DNA of 63,895 nt, counting the filler, from Octopus bimaculoides (Eukaryota): assembly GCF_001194135.2 (NCBI RefSeq). It is 6 parts of 6 records of this genome, joined end to end, with 100 filler letters (N's around TTAATTAATTAA, not from the genome) between each part and the next. Parts side by side here need not be neighbours in the genome. Positions count along the whole stretch, not along the records: positions 24,920 to 43,916 come from NC_069005.1; 5 more parts are not named here. The stretch is one strand, 5' to 3'. The position numbers were made by a program, and so were the translations under genes. Numbering within the stretch: position 1 is the first letter of the stretch; each line of letters opens with the position of its first letter. Positions 24,994 through 36,239 of the stretch are shown here, piece after piece. Under the pieces are notes generated by a model that searched no databases, was not told the origin of the DNA, and saw nothing but the letters and a program-made list of their open reading frames with translations.

Positions 24994-25713
24994 CGTCGTC
25001 GTCGTCGATTATATATAGATGTCGCTTTAAATCGGAGTATATGCATATATATATTATTACTATTACGATATATTATTATTTAGTTATTAGACTTGTGTCT
25101 AATACTTAATGCACATACATCGCGGAAGCCCAAATTTATATTTCTCAAGAACGTTGTGTTAAATAACAGGAAAATGTATAGATGCGCATTCCTGCCCTTT
25201 TGCGATTCGTCAGCAACATGTTCCCGCTGGCAACTGCATGCCAAGTGAAACCACGTCGTCACCGATATCGGAAAAACAGTGACTGAAAAATCAGTGACCT
25301 TACAATTTGCCGACCGCCTGAATAAAATTCGTTACGCACAACAGAAGCAGAATTGTCTCAGAACGAATACCACAGTTAATCTGGCTTTCAGTGGTGTATT
25401 TATATTAAGTGTGATGCACAGATTACTATTTTAATCTAATACTATTTCTTTTAATGTTCTGCGTTAATAAAAACATCATGCACATAAGACGTGAGATTTC
25501 GAACAAGGGAAATAATTATGAGAGGTGTTACGGGTTACATCTTTAACGACGCTAAAGTAGAAGATTACCTCAGTAGAGCACTTGGGTCGATACACATTAC
25601 CATACCCTCTCCCTATAACTTCTGACTTTGTGCCAAGGCAAAAATCAATAGCAAGCATAGGTGTCTACAAAGTTATTAGATAAAAACAATATTTAGCAGC
25701 CTTAACTATCAGT

Positions 25714-25785
25714 GGTTCCATGGTGTAGTGGTTATCACGTCTGCTTAACACGCAGAAGGTCGCGAGTTCGAAACTCGCTGGAACC
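25714..25785 (+). tRNA. tRNA-Val(AAC) on a Val(TAC)-type body
   Basis: GGTTCCA...TGGAACC acceptor stem, TCTGC-TTAACAC-GCAGA anticodon arm, GCGAG-TTCGAAA-CTCGC T arm; oligo-T terminator ~25790; next base (position 73) is T. Confidence 0.88.
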
Positions 25786-25984
25786 TTTACTTTTTTTATA
25801 TTTTGATATTGATCTTCCATATATTTTTTATCTTATTGTTTAAGGCGATGGGCTGGCAGAATCGTTAACTCGCCAGACAAAATGCTTAGAGGTATTTCGT
25901 CCGTCTTTATGTTCTGAGTTCAAATTCACTTGTCCGTGACAAAAAAATATAAAACCGAAGAAAAAACCTCAATCAATACAAGTA

Positions 25985-26056
25985 GGTTCCTGCCAGTTTC
26001 GAACTCACGACTTTCAGCGTTTGAAACAATTACGATAACCACTACACCATGCAATC
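25985..26056 (-). pseudogene. Decayed tRNA-Val copy
   Basis: 72-nt colinear copy (GATTGCATGGTGTAGTGGTTATCGTAATTG...GTTCGAAACTGGCAGGAACC) with broken acceptor, D and anticodon stems. Confidence 0.85.
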
Positions 26057-26295
26057 ACCGAACTATTGAGTTTACCAAATACTGCTTTACCATATATATA
26101 AACAGATTCAAGCGAGTTCTGAAATCGACATTGTTGAGGTGATGAGTCTAGAGCCTTCCACTCCTTATTATATAATAGATCCGTCCATTGTAATATAGTT
26201 AGATCTCCAGTTATGAAAACTCCGGATCGAACTGACTTACGTATCATACAACTTGTATATGATAAGAAAAAATATTTGCCTTTGTTTCAGCGAGT

Positions 26296-26367
26296 GGTTC
26301 CATGGTGTAGTGGTTATCACATCTGCTTTACACGCAGAAGGTCGTGAGTTCAAAACTCGCTGGAACC
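26296..26367 (+). tRNA. tRNA-Val(TAC)
   Basis: Cloverleaf with loop TTTACAC and T-loop TTCAAAA; T6 terminator at 26371; position 73 is T. Confidence 0.88.
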
Positions 26368-26884
26368 TACTTTTTTATTTTTCAATTCTGGGAATTATAA
26401 TTTTAGAAAGAATAGGCAAACATATTTCAAAGTAGAATTGAAACATTGTCAACGAAATGATCCAGCATGGCCGCAGTCAAATGACTGGAACAAATAAAAG
26501 AATAAATAAGAATAATAACGAATCGATCGTACTTCGAACGCACGACCTTTTGATGTGTTTAGTTATGTCCCTTTGTGTCAGCGGCCGTTGTTGTTCTTTG
26601 TGATGGTGATGGGGTGGCAGTTCAATTACTTCAATACCAGGTTTCCAACCACTGTATTTATTTCGTCGACCCCGAAGGGATGCGTGGCATTGTTGACGTC
26701 CGCGAAATTTGAACTCAGAACGCAAAGTGCCAGAAGCAACGCGATTTAGCATTTTGTTCGACACGCTGACAATTCTACCAGCAAACACCGCTGTACAATA
26801 TAATGTAATAAAACTAACAACAACAATAACAAGAAAGAGGGTGGTAGCATTAAAAACAAGCAAAAGAAAAAATAAATAAAGCTA

Positions 26885-26956
26885 GGCTCCAGTGAGTTTC
26901 GAACTCACGACCTTCTGCGTGTAAAGCAGACGTGATAACCACTACACCATGGAACC
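26885..26956 (-). tRNA. tRNA-Val(TAC)
   Basis: Reverse complement GGTTCCATGG...TTTACAC...GTGAGTTCGAAACTCACTGGAGCC; U3-G70 wobble; position 73 is T; T-run downstream. Confidence 0.88.
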
Positions 26957-27369
26957 ACTCGCTGCTTCGGGATTAAATATTTTTCTTGTCATACGTACGT
27001 GAAATCGGTCTGAAGGTTTCATAGTCTAGTGACGTTAAAATATATACCAGTAATATACTGCGGCTTGAGTTTATCCATTGAACACTCTACTGTCTGTGTC
27101 AATGTTGGAGATAAATGCTGAGATGAGATCAATATCTATTGAGAAGACTAATAGACCAATAGACCAATAGTCATTATTTTATGAACCTCTGAAACAATAG
27201 ACGTTTGAGGGAATCTAGTAGGATTCGAAACCCTGGCGAGAAAGAAACACTTCTTGTTAACGCAATGATTCTGATAATCCGCTGTAGTTTGAAAGTAGCT
27301 CAACGTTCATCTCTGTATTAGAAACAACTTCTGTATGATAAAGCAATATTGTAAAGCATTCTATCGTTC

Positions 27370-27441
27370 GGTTCCATGGTGTAGTGGTTATCACATCTGC
27401 TTAACACGCAGAAGGTCGTGAGTTCGAAACTCGCTGGAACC
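27370..27441 (+). tRNA. tRNA-Val(AAC) on a Val(TAC)-type body
   Basis: Cloverleaf with loop TTAACAC; position 73 is T; T5 terminator downstream. Confidence 0.88.
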
Positions 27442-27645
27442 TATGTGTTTCTTTTTGGCTTTGTTTACTTGTTTTCGACGCAACTATCCTCTTTCTTCTT
27501 GTGTTCTTGTTCTTGTTAGTTTTATTACACAGGACTGTAAAGCAAAATGTTACTGTGTCGAAGAAAATGCTAAGTGGTGTTACTCCTGGCGCTTTGCGTT
27601 CTGAGGTCAAATTTCAAAGACGTAAATTTTGCCATGCATCCCTTG

Positions 27646-29134
27646 TGAAATAAGTACCAGTTGACCACCGGGGGTCGATATAATCGACTATCCCCCCCCC
27701 CTCCAGACCTTGTACCTGTAATAGAAAGGATTATTAACAATCTTTTGTCATATTCTGTCAATAAAAATTTATTTGTTTATTGAATATAATTTGGCGCGAA
27801 TATTTTATCCAGTTTACACAATAAAACGAATACAACCTGTGAATTAATAATTTAAATATCGATATAGTTATAAAACATTATCGATTAGTTAATTTATAAT
27901 ACTTTATATAATATATATATAACAGTCTATAATATTCTATTAAGTAAAATCATTGACTTGAGAATATTCCGTATAATTTGATGAGTTAAATATTTAAATC
28001 CAGTCACTTAGGTCACTTATGGCTTTCATCAGTTCGGGATCGATAAATAAAGTAGAATTCCAGAGTGGTGTATTGGTAGAATAAAACATTTTGTGGAATG
28101 TTTTCTGGTTCTGTAGGTTCTGTGTTCGAATTCCATCTCTCGTCAGCGAAATATAATAAAAATATAGATATTATTAATAATATTTTATGCTTTCCGGGAT
28201 ATAAAAAAATAAGGGCCTGTTCTATCGGTAATACTAAACTAAATATATCAATCCCCACTCATGGAATTAGAAGCCCGGTGTTAAAAAAATAGTGGAAAAA
28301 TATCAGGTTCCAGCGAGTTTCGAACACACGACCTTCTGCGTGTGAAGCAGATGTGATAACCACTACACCATAGAACCAGATACCAGCTGCTCTCCATCAT
28401 TGTTATATTATATTGAAGCTGAGGTGCAGAGCTGGCTGAATCGTTAGCACGCCCGGAAAAATGCTCAGCAGCATTTCGTCTGTCCTTACGTTCTGAGTTC
28501 AAATTCATCCTTTTCGGGTCGATAAATTAAGTACCAGCGAAATACTGGGGGTCGATGTAATCGACTCATTCCACCACCTCCCCCAAGCTGCCCTTGTGGC
28601 AAAATTTTGAAATAATACTAATTATTATTATATTTCGGTGACCGGAGATTGAATTCGAACACAGAACTTACAGAATCAGAAAACATTCCACAAAATGTTT
28701 TATTCTACCAATACACCACCCTGGAATTCTACTTTATTTATCGACCCCGAACTGATGAAAGCCATAAGTGACCTAAGTGACTTGATTTAAATATTTAACT
28801 CATCAAATTATACGGAATATTCTCAAGTCAATGATTTTACTTAATAGAATATTATAGACTGCTATATATATTATATAAACTATTATAAATTAACTAATCG
28901 ATAATGTTTTATAAATATATCGATATTTAAATTATTAATTCACAGGTTGTATTCGTTTTATTGTGTAAACTGGATAAAATATTCGCGCCAAATTATATTC
29001 AATAAGCAAATAAATTTTTATTGACAGAATATGACAAAAGATTGTTAATGATCCTTTTTACTACAGGTACAAGGTCTGGAGTGGGGGGACAGTCGATTAT
29101 ATTGACCCCCGGTGGTCAACTGGTACTTATTTCA
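27646..29134. repeat. Long inverted duplication: arms 27646-28159 and 28625-29134, 465-bp spacer
   Basis: Manual comparison of the left arm with the reverse complement of the right arm shows about 20 differences in ~510 bp. Confidence 0.92.
28306..28377 (-). tRNA. tRNA-Val(CAC) on a Val(TAC)-type body (one T-stem mismatch)
   Basis: Reverse complement GGTTCTATGG...TCTGC-TTCACAC-GCAGA...GTGTG-TTCGAAA-CTCGC-TGGAACC; position 73 is T; T5 terminator. Confidence 0.8.
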
Positions 29135-29589
29135 TCAACCCCGAAAGAATGAAAGGCAAAGTGGACCTCGGTGTCATTTGAACTCAGACCGTTACTCTAC
29201 CACTAAGGCGGCGATGGAAAGAATATTCTGCAGTATGTGTTTCAAATGTCTCAGCTCTGAGTTCAAATCCCACCCAGGTTATTCTCGTGTTTTGGAGCTC
29301 TTTGTCTTCCTATCTTCCGCTCTGAATCGACGAAATAGTTTTGTTGACAGCCAACGTCACGAGTTCAAGACACGATAAAACCTTAGGAAGTTTGTTTGAT
29401 TTGAACCCGCAATATTTCGCTTCACATTGCTGTTGTTATGTTGCTCTAATACTTTGGGTTATGTTTTCGTCGCTGTCGTCGTCGTCGTCGTCGTTGTTGT
29501 TGTTGTTGTTTTTTATTGCTTCTCAAATTCTAAGAAAGATTGCGGAAAATAAACTTGAACGAAATGAATTTATGAAACGCGATGCTTGA

Positions 29590-29710
29590 AAACAATCAAC
29601 ACACAACACAACACAACACAACACAACACAACACAACATAAACACAACATAAATACAACATAAATATAACACAACATAAACACAACATAAACACAACATA
29701 AACACAACGC
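29590..29710. repeat. (ACACA)n grading into an ~11-bp ACACAACATAA minisatellite
   Basis: Directly visible. Confidence 0.85.
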
Positions 29711-30539
29711 ATGCCACACTAATAACAATCATAAACTGCAATCAACTGGGAACCGCATAAAGCCACTTATTCAATTTCTTGTGCAGTCAAACATTGGATT
29801 TACGATGAGTTTTTTGCATAAAGAAACGCCACAGAAATTCTAGAAGCAAAAATCTAGTCAAATAAATCAATCGCGAGACATTTGAATATAAGAAAAACGA
29901 TGAGGGATTTCGTTTCCTCTTCATGTTTATTTCTTTCTAAAGAATCCTGTCAGATTTCATGGAATATATAGTCGAATTGCTGAGATTGCAAGAATTTAAT
30001 GATAGAATGACAGTTTAATGGAATTGGATAAGGTTTGTAGTCTGTATTTTGTATTACGTCAGAGGCCTGTTCTGTGATTCGAACCCGTTCCTTGCAGTTG
30101 GTCAGGAAATACATGTACAAAAAACTCCCTCTCATCCGGTACTCAAATAACCAGAATTCTCAAACAACCGGCACCCAGAAAAAAAAAGAGAAAAATGTGT
30201 TGTTAATTAGTGTAATGAGAAATTGCGCTAATTCGTGTCAATTAATTAATTGTAATAGAAAAAAAGCTTCTACTGCATTTAAAATGGATTGTCGCTTCTA
30301 AAAATGTTGTGCAGTGATTTTGTCTTACTGTATTTATTATACCCGTATCTCATTAGGTTAATAAAACTTAATTACTTCGATGAAAAAATAAAACATCAAA
30401 AGTATAAGAGATCAAACAATCGACAAAAAAAGAACCCTAATCACCAAGGAAACAAAGAAAAAGAGAAGACGAGGGGAGAGATTAAGCTGCAGAAGATGGA
30501 GAGGGTGGAAGGCAGAGAGTAACAGGTTGTATACCCCAG

Positions 30540-30890
30540 AAAAAAATGGCGTGTTTAGCCGCGCCTCGCAGACACGATTGCAAAGGCGTTGCCGCGGAGA
30601 ATGGCGCCAGCAACGTTCGTTGCAATAAACCACCCCCACCTCGCGGTGCTCATTTCTCAAACGGGCCGCAGTAATCCCGATCTTGCGGAGGAAATCAGCA
30701 ACGCATGGTCTGAGAACATCCGAAGTCTCGACGACGACCGTCACAAAGTGACAGAAACCGGTCAGGCCCCTATATTTGTTCATTTTTTTCTCCTCTGCGT
30801 TACGGGTGGCTATAACCGGGTTTGCTGTCGATGGAGGGACAACGTGCCGCAGCACGTCGCACCCCAGATTAGGGATCTGGCTCCCTCGTA
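30540..30890. other. GC/CpG-rich island with open frames on both strands; possible promoter or exon of an unknown gene
   Basis: Sharp GC/CpG rise; minus ATG context AAAATGAAC (MNKYRGLTGF...) and plus ATG at 30601 (MAPATF...LAEEISNAWSENIRSLDDD). No homolog recognised. Confidence 0.35.
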
Positions 30891-31268
30891 CTTACTCCAA
30901 TTGTACTTCCATTTCTTCGTGTCTCACCTTTCTACAATATTCAGAATAATAATGATAATACTGATGTACATACAGAGTTTTAATGAGTTTTCTAAGGGGC
31001 AATGGTAATTTAAAAAGTGATGATCAGATATCCGGAAAATTCAGTTATCCGCCAACACTCCGGTACAAATGGTGCCGGATAGGATAGGAGTGGGTTTACT
31101 GTAGTAGCTGTGATTGTAAATGTTGGTAAGCGTGAGTCACAGATTTTGTGTTCATCTCCCAAATGAAGAATAAAAACTTTGTATCACAGCACCAAGGAAA
31201 TTTTAAGAGTGCATATACGTAGTTACATTATCTATATATAAACACACACACACATATATGTATTACAT

Positions 31269-31307
<39 letters not shown>

Positions 31308-31748
31308 CATACATACATACATACATACATACATGCATACATACATACATAGACATTTATATACACATACACATCTATGCACTTCTAGGGTGCTNNNNNN
31401 NNNNNNNNNNNNNNNNNNNNNNNNNNNNNNNNNNNNNNNNNNNNNNNNNNNNNNNNNNNNNNNNNNNNNNNNNNNNNNNNNNNNNNNNNNNNNNNNNNNN
31501 NNNNNNNNNNNNNNNNNNNNNNNNNNNNNNNNNNNNNNNNNNNNNNNNNNNNNNNNNNNNNNNNNNNNNNNNNNNNNNNNNNNNNNNNNNNNNNNNNNNN
31601 NNNNNNNNNNNNNNNNNNNNNNNNNNNNNNNNNNNNNNNNNNNNNNNNNNNNNNNNNNNNNNNNNNNNNNNNNNNNNNNNNNNNNNNNNNNNNNNNNNNN
31701 NNNNNNNNNNNNNNNNNNNNNNNNNNNNNNNNNNNNNNNNNNNNNNNN

Positions 31749-31781
<33 letters not shown>

Positions 31782-31954
31782 TCAAGAAGGGCGCCTAAGC
31801 AGACATCAAAAGACCAAGAGCATGACTAAACGCCTATCTAAACACCAATGGTCGCAGACGAATCAACTGATGTGTGAAAGGGAGTGAACTCCCTTGAGGA
31901 AAATCGTCTCCATGTCCCGGATGACGGGAGCAGCGGTGGCAGCAGCAGCAGCAA

Positions 31955-32038
<84 letters not shown>

Positions 32039-33203
32039 AGCAAAAGCTAATCTTCCTTGTCTCTTTCGCTGCAAAATTTCATGGCTATTCCAATAACGAT
32101 GTTTGGTATCTACCAAAAGACTAGAATTGGTATTTTGTGTCAGTCGCGTTGCCTCAATAAACTTGACATTTCTCGAAAGAAGATGGTTTCAAAAATGACA
32201 TTGGGACACAAAACCGCTTCCTGCGATTTCGCACAAACATGTCTGATTTCTGCAGTAAAAAGGCCCGATTAAAAAAGAGGGAGATGGTGAACGTTGACCA
32301 ATGTAGGGTCCTAATAGCCGCTGGTCCTTCTTTCGATTTTGCTGACCTTTACGTTCTGAGTTCAAATCAACTTCGCCTTTCATTCTTGCTGGGACAATTA
32401 AAACAAAGTACCAGTCATATATTGTTGCTACAACAATAAAAGCAGCAACGCAGAAAGGAGGAGCNNNNNNNNNNNNNNNNNNNNNNNNNNNNNNNNNNNN
32501 NNNNNNNNNNNNNNNNNNNNNNNNNNNNNNNNNNNNNNNNNNNNNNNNNNNNNNNNNNNNNNNNNNNNNNNNNNNNNNNNNNNNNNNNNNNNNNNNNNNN
32601 NNNNNNNNNNNNNNNNNNNNNNNNNNNNNNNNNNNNNNNNNNNNNNNNNNNNNNNNNNNNNNNNNNNNNNNNNNNNNNNNNNNNNNNNNNNNNNNNNNNN
32701 NNNNNNNNNNNNNNNNNNNNNNNNNNNNNNNNNNNNNNNNNNNNNNNNNNNNNNNNNNNNNNNNNNNNNNNNNNNNNNNNNNNNNNNNNNNNNNNNNNNN
32801 NNNNNNNNNNNNNNNNNNNNNNNNNNNNNNNNNNNNNNNNNNNNNNNNNNNNNNNNNNNNNNNNNNNNNNNNNNNNNNNNNNNNNNNNNNNNNNNNNNNN
32901 NNNNNNNNNNNNNNNNNNNNNNNNNNNNNNNNNNNNNNNNNNNNNNNNNNNNNNNNNNNNNNNNNNNNNNNNNNNNNNNNNNNNNNNNNNNNNNNNNNNN
33001 CTTCCGGTTGCAACTCAAAGAATCGTTTCGAAAAATAATTTCCTTAATGACCTCAGTTCTTAGATTTTAAGTTTTCGGTGAACAAATGGACCTAAACATT
33101 CACTGTCGTCATCATCATTATCATCATCATCATCATCATCGTTGTCGTCATTATCATCATCATCACCATCATCATCATTATCATCATCATCATCATCATC
33201 ACG

Positions 33204-33234
<31 letters not shown>

Positions 33235-33529
33235 CCACCACTACAGTCTCCCCCGTCCCATAACCTCCAAAACTATCACTTTTATTCTCATCCTACGTAT
33301 TTTCCTTTTCCTTTTTCTTTTTCTTTTTTTTGTGTGTTACTTTTTTCTTTCTTTCTTTCGCTTGAGAATATTTAGGATGTATTTGTTTACATAATCTCCT
33401 ACCGCCATTGTGGCGGATAACTCTTCCTTTCACTTCTGCGGCAGCCATCTTGCCACATGTACGAATGTTGTAGAAAACGAATATTGCGAAAAATAAACAT
33501 GTAACAGCTTAAAACTTTGACAGATAAAA

Positions 33530-34035
33530 CTTCCCTCTACACCAGGTAATCGGGTGCATATTCCTTTGATACATATAAAGGGGTGGACGTGTCTCTACTA
33601 GGTAATACATTACCCGTTTCTCTATCCCCAGATAATGGGGTACATTTTCCTTTACACCACGTAACTGAATATATGTTCCTCTGATACGTGTAATGAGGTA
33701 GAGGTGACTCTGTCCCAGTTAATAGGTCAGGCACCCCTCTACAGGGTAATATGTTGGTCGTGTCCCCAAATAATGAGGCTCACCTTCTTTTATGCTTGGG
33801 ATAAATGTGACTCTGTCCCAAGTGTATCGGATAGATGTTCCTCTTTCGGGTAATGGAGTGGGCGTAATTCTACCCTAGTCAGTGGCGTACACACGTTCCA
33901 CGAAATATAATGAGATAGACGTTCCTGTACCCCAAGTATTGGGAGAGATATTTCTTAAACATGGGTACTGGAATGGACATTTCTGTATCCATAACTTGGG
34001 TTCAAATATCACGAAAGTCTTTGGTAGGAAAGAGA
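33530..34035. repeat. Cryptic, highly diverged ~29-bp tandem repeat (~17 units)
   Basis: Unit starts recur at 27-30 nt spacing, exactly 29 at 33646/33675/33704 and 33921/33950/33979/34008; consensus approximately RTTCCTCTRYCCCARGTAATGGGGTAGAY. Confidence 0.75.
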
Positions 34036-34787
34036 GCCTCCGGGAACAAAACTGTCGTTTCCAGTAAAACTTTCGTCTTTCCCGGAAGTCCCTTTATCTG
34101 TATCTGTAATGCTATGCTTGTCATTTCATTGCTGAAAAAAGGGGGGGGGGCATCAGAGTTGCGTTTCTGGGTAACCGTCTTTCAAATTAAGAGGGTTAGA
34201 AAAGGATTTAAGAAAGGGTTTTAAGGGTTTCTGAAAAGTCCATATTGTTCTTCTTCTTCTTTTCTTCTTCTTCTTCTTCTTCTTCTTCTTCTTCTTCTTC
34301 TTCTTCTTCTTCTTCTTCTTCTTCTACTACTACTACTTCTGATCCTACTCCTCATCTTCCTTCCCCATCTTCTCCTTTATTTCTTCCTCTTTTTTCTCCG
34401 TTTACTTCTTCATCATCTTTTTCCACCTCCTTCTTCTTCCTCTTTTCTGGCTCCTCCTCCTCATTCCCCTCCCCACCCCTTCGTTGACCAGCCCGACACA
34501 CCTATAGCCGAAGGCGTTTTAGCCTTGACCACTCATGACGCATTCGATGCGTCCTTCTTTTTTCAAGAGACACTATGATGTAGAAGAGGCGCATTAACAG
34601 TCATTCCTAGCGGATCGAGTGACCATGGGCGGGTCGTAGTGGAGTTGGTGAGGAGAGGTGGGCGACGAGGTTTCGGCTGGGTTACTTTTGGGGGTTAATT
34701 AAGGCCCACACAAGATGATAGAATAACACTGCGTGATTTTGTATTTAGATAGCACACACCAACACACACATATGTATACACGTAAAT

Positions 34788-34820
<33 letters not shown>

Positions 34821-35126
34821 TATATTCATATATATTTATGTGTGTAAGTATATACATTATATATGTACATCTTATATATTTTACATGCATATATATTGTA
34901 TATGTATGTATTATGAACATAGATATTGATAGATATATGCATATATGTGTGTGTGTATATATATGTATGTGTGTACATACATACATACATACATACATAC
35001 ATACATGCATACACAACGTGTTGCCTGTTTAAGGTAAGGAACCAAGGAACCTAGTAAGATCACATCCGGTAACGGGGTCTCATCTGAAAATTATAGTTAG
35101 TTGGTGTGCGTGCGTGCGTGCGTGTA

Positions 35127-35166
<40 letters not shown>

Positions 35167-35178
35167 TATATGTGTGCA

Positions 35179-35218
<40 letters not shown>

Positions 35219-35988
35219 TCCCTATATATGTGCACACGTGTGTGGTGTGTATCTCTGTGTACGAGTCTCTGTGTGAGTTCATTTCTATCTATCGCTGATA
35301 TTTCGTATTTTTGTTAGGGGTGGGCTTGTGTTACTTTTCTTAACTTTTTGGGTGGAACCATTTGGTGGAGGGAAGGGAGAGGTTCCCTCCATCCTGTTTT
35401 CAGAAGGAGAAGCTGGTGGTCTCTTTAGTTTTAATATTCTCTTTATTCTATCTTCTTTTTCCTTCCTGATTTCCTCCCGCCTTTCTTTTCACCATTTTTG
35501 TGCTTTGTCGCCCTTTTTCAGTCGCCATCACTTTAACGCTTACTCCATCTAACCCCCACCCCATCTTTCTGCTGTGTGTGCATGTGCGTGAGCGTCTGTG
35601 CAAGTGTGTATGTGTGTGCAGACAGTAAGTCAAATATCTGTTAAAATTACTCCAAACAATAGGCCTAATGTTTCGCACTGCCACCAGACTCCTCAGTAGA
35701 CGAAGGTAAAACTTGCTGGAAAAACCGAAACTAATTCCGTTTTGGCTTTGTTTATTTCTTTTTGGAGGTTTTGCTGTTGTCTTTTGGTTTATCTTTTATT
35801 TCTTTCGGTCATCATACAGAGGCCATGCTGTAGCACCACCTTCAGTTATTTCAGTCGAATGAATCGAACCCAGTAATTTTTTAAAGCCTGGTACTGCATA
35901 TTCTATTGAGGTTTTTTCCTTTTTTTTTTTTTCTTTTGCCCACCCACTAAATTATGGAGAAGTAAACAAACAAAGCGGTGCTAGGAAA

Positions 35989-36020
<32 letters not shown>

Positions 36021-36202
36021 NNNNNNNNNNNNNNNNNNNNNNNNNNNNNNNNNNNNNNNNNNNNNNNNNNNNNNNNNNNNNNNNNNNNNNNNNNNNNNNN
36101 NNNNNNNGGTTCCTTTTGCCGAACCACAAAGTTACGGGGACGTAACATCGGTTGAACACTATTCAATTTTTTTTCTCCGTGTTTTTCTCCTTGTCTCAGT
36201 AT

Positions 36203-36239
36203 TCTTTCTGTTGAAGAGCGTAGCTCGAAACGTCAAAGA
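36203..36239 (+). ncRNA. Minimal type I hammerhead-like motif with variant core (CUGUUGA), in a Penelope-like repeat (36160-36330)
   Basis: TCTTT-CTGTTGA-A-GAGC(GTA)GCTC-GAAACGT-C-AAAGA: 5-bp stem I, GUC site, A6 replaced by U. Confidence 0.5.

Noticed and set aside
30620-30650. HREVGVV in the minus ORF resembling CDC16 HEVGVV
   Set aside because: Flanking residues do not match CDC16; a chance short match.
33530-34035. CRISPR-like interpretation of the 29-bp array
   Set aside because: No constant repeat with unique spacers, no cas genes, eukaryotic context; better described as a diverged minisatellite.
34537-34553. Perfect hairpin GACGCAT-TCG-ATGCGTC
   Set aside because: A single 7-bp stem is expected by chance in 64 kb.
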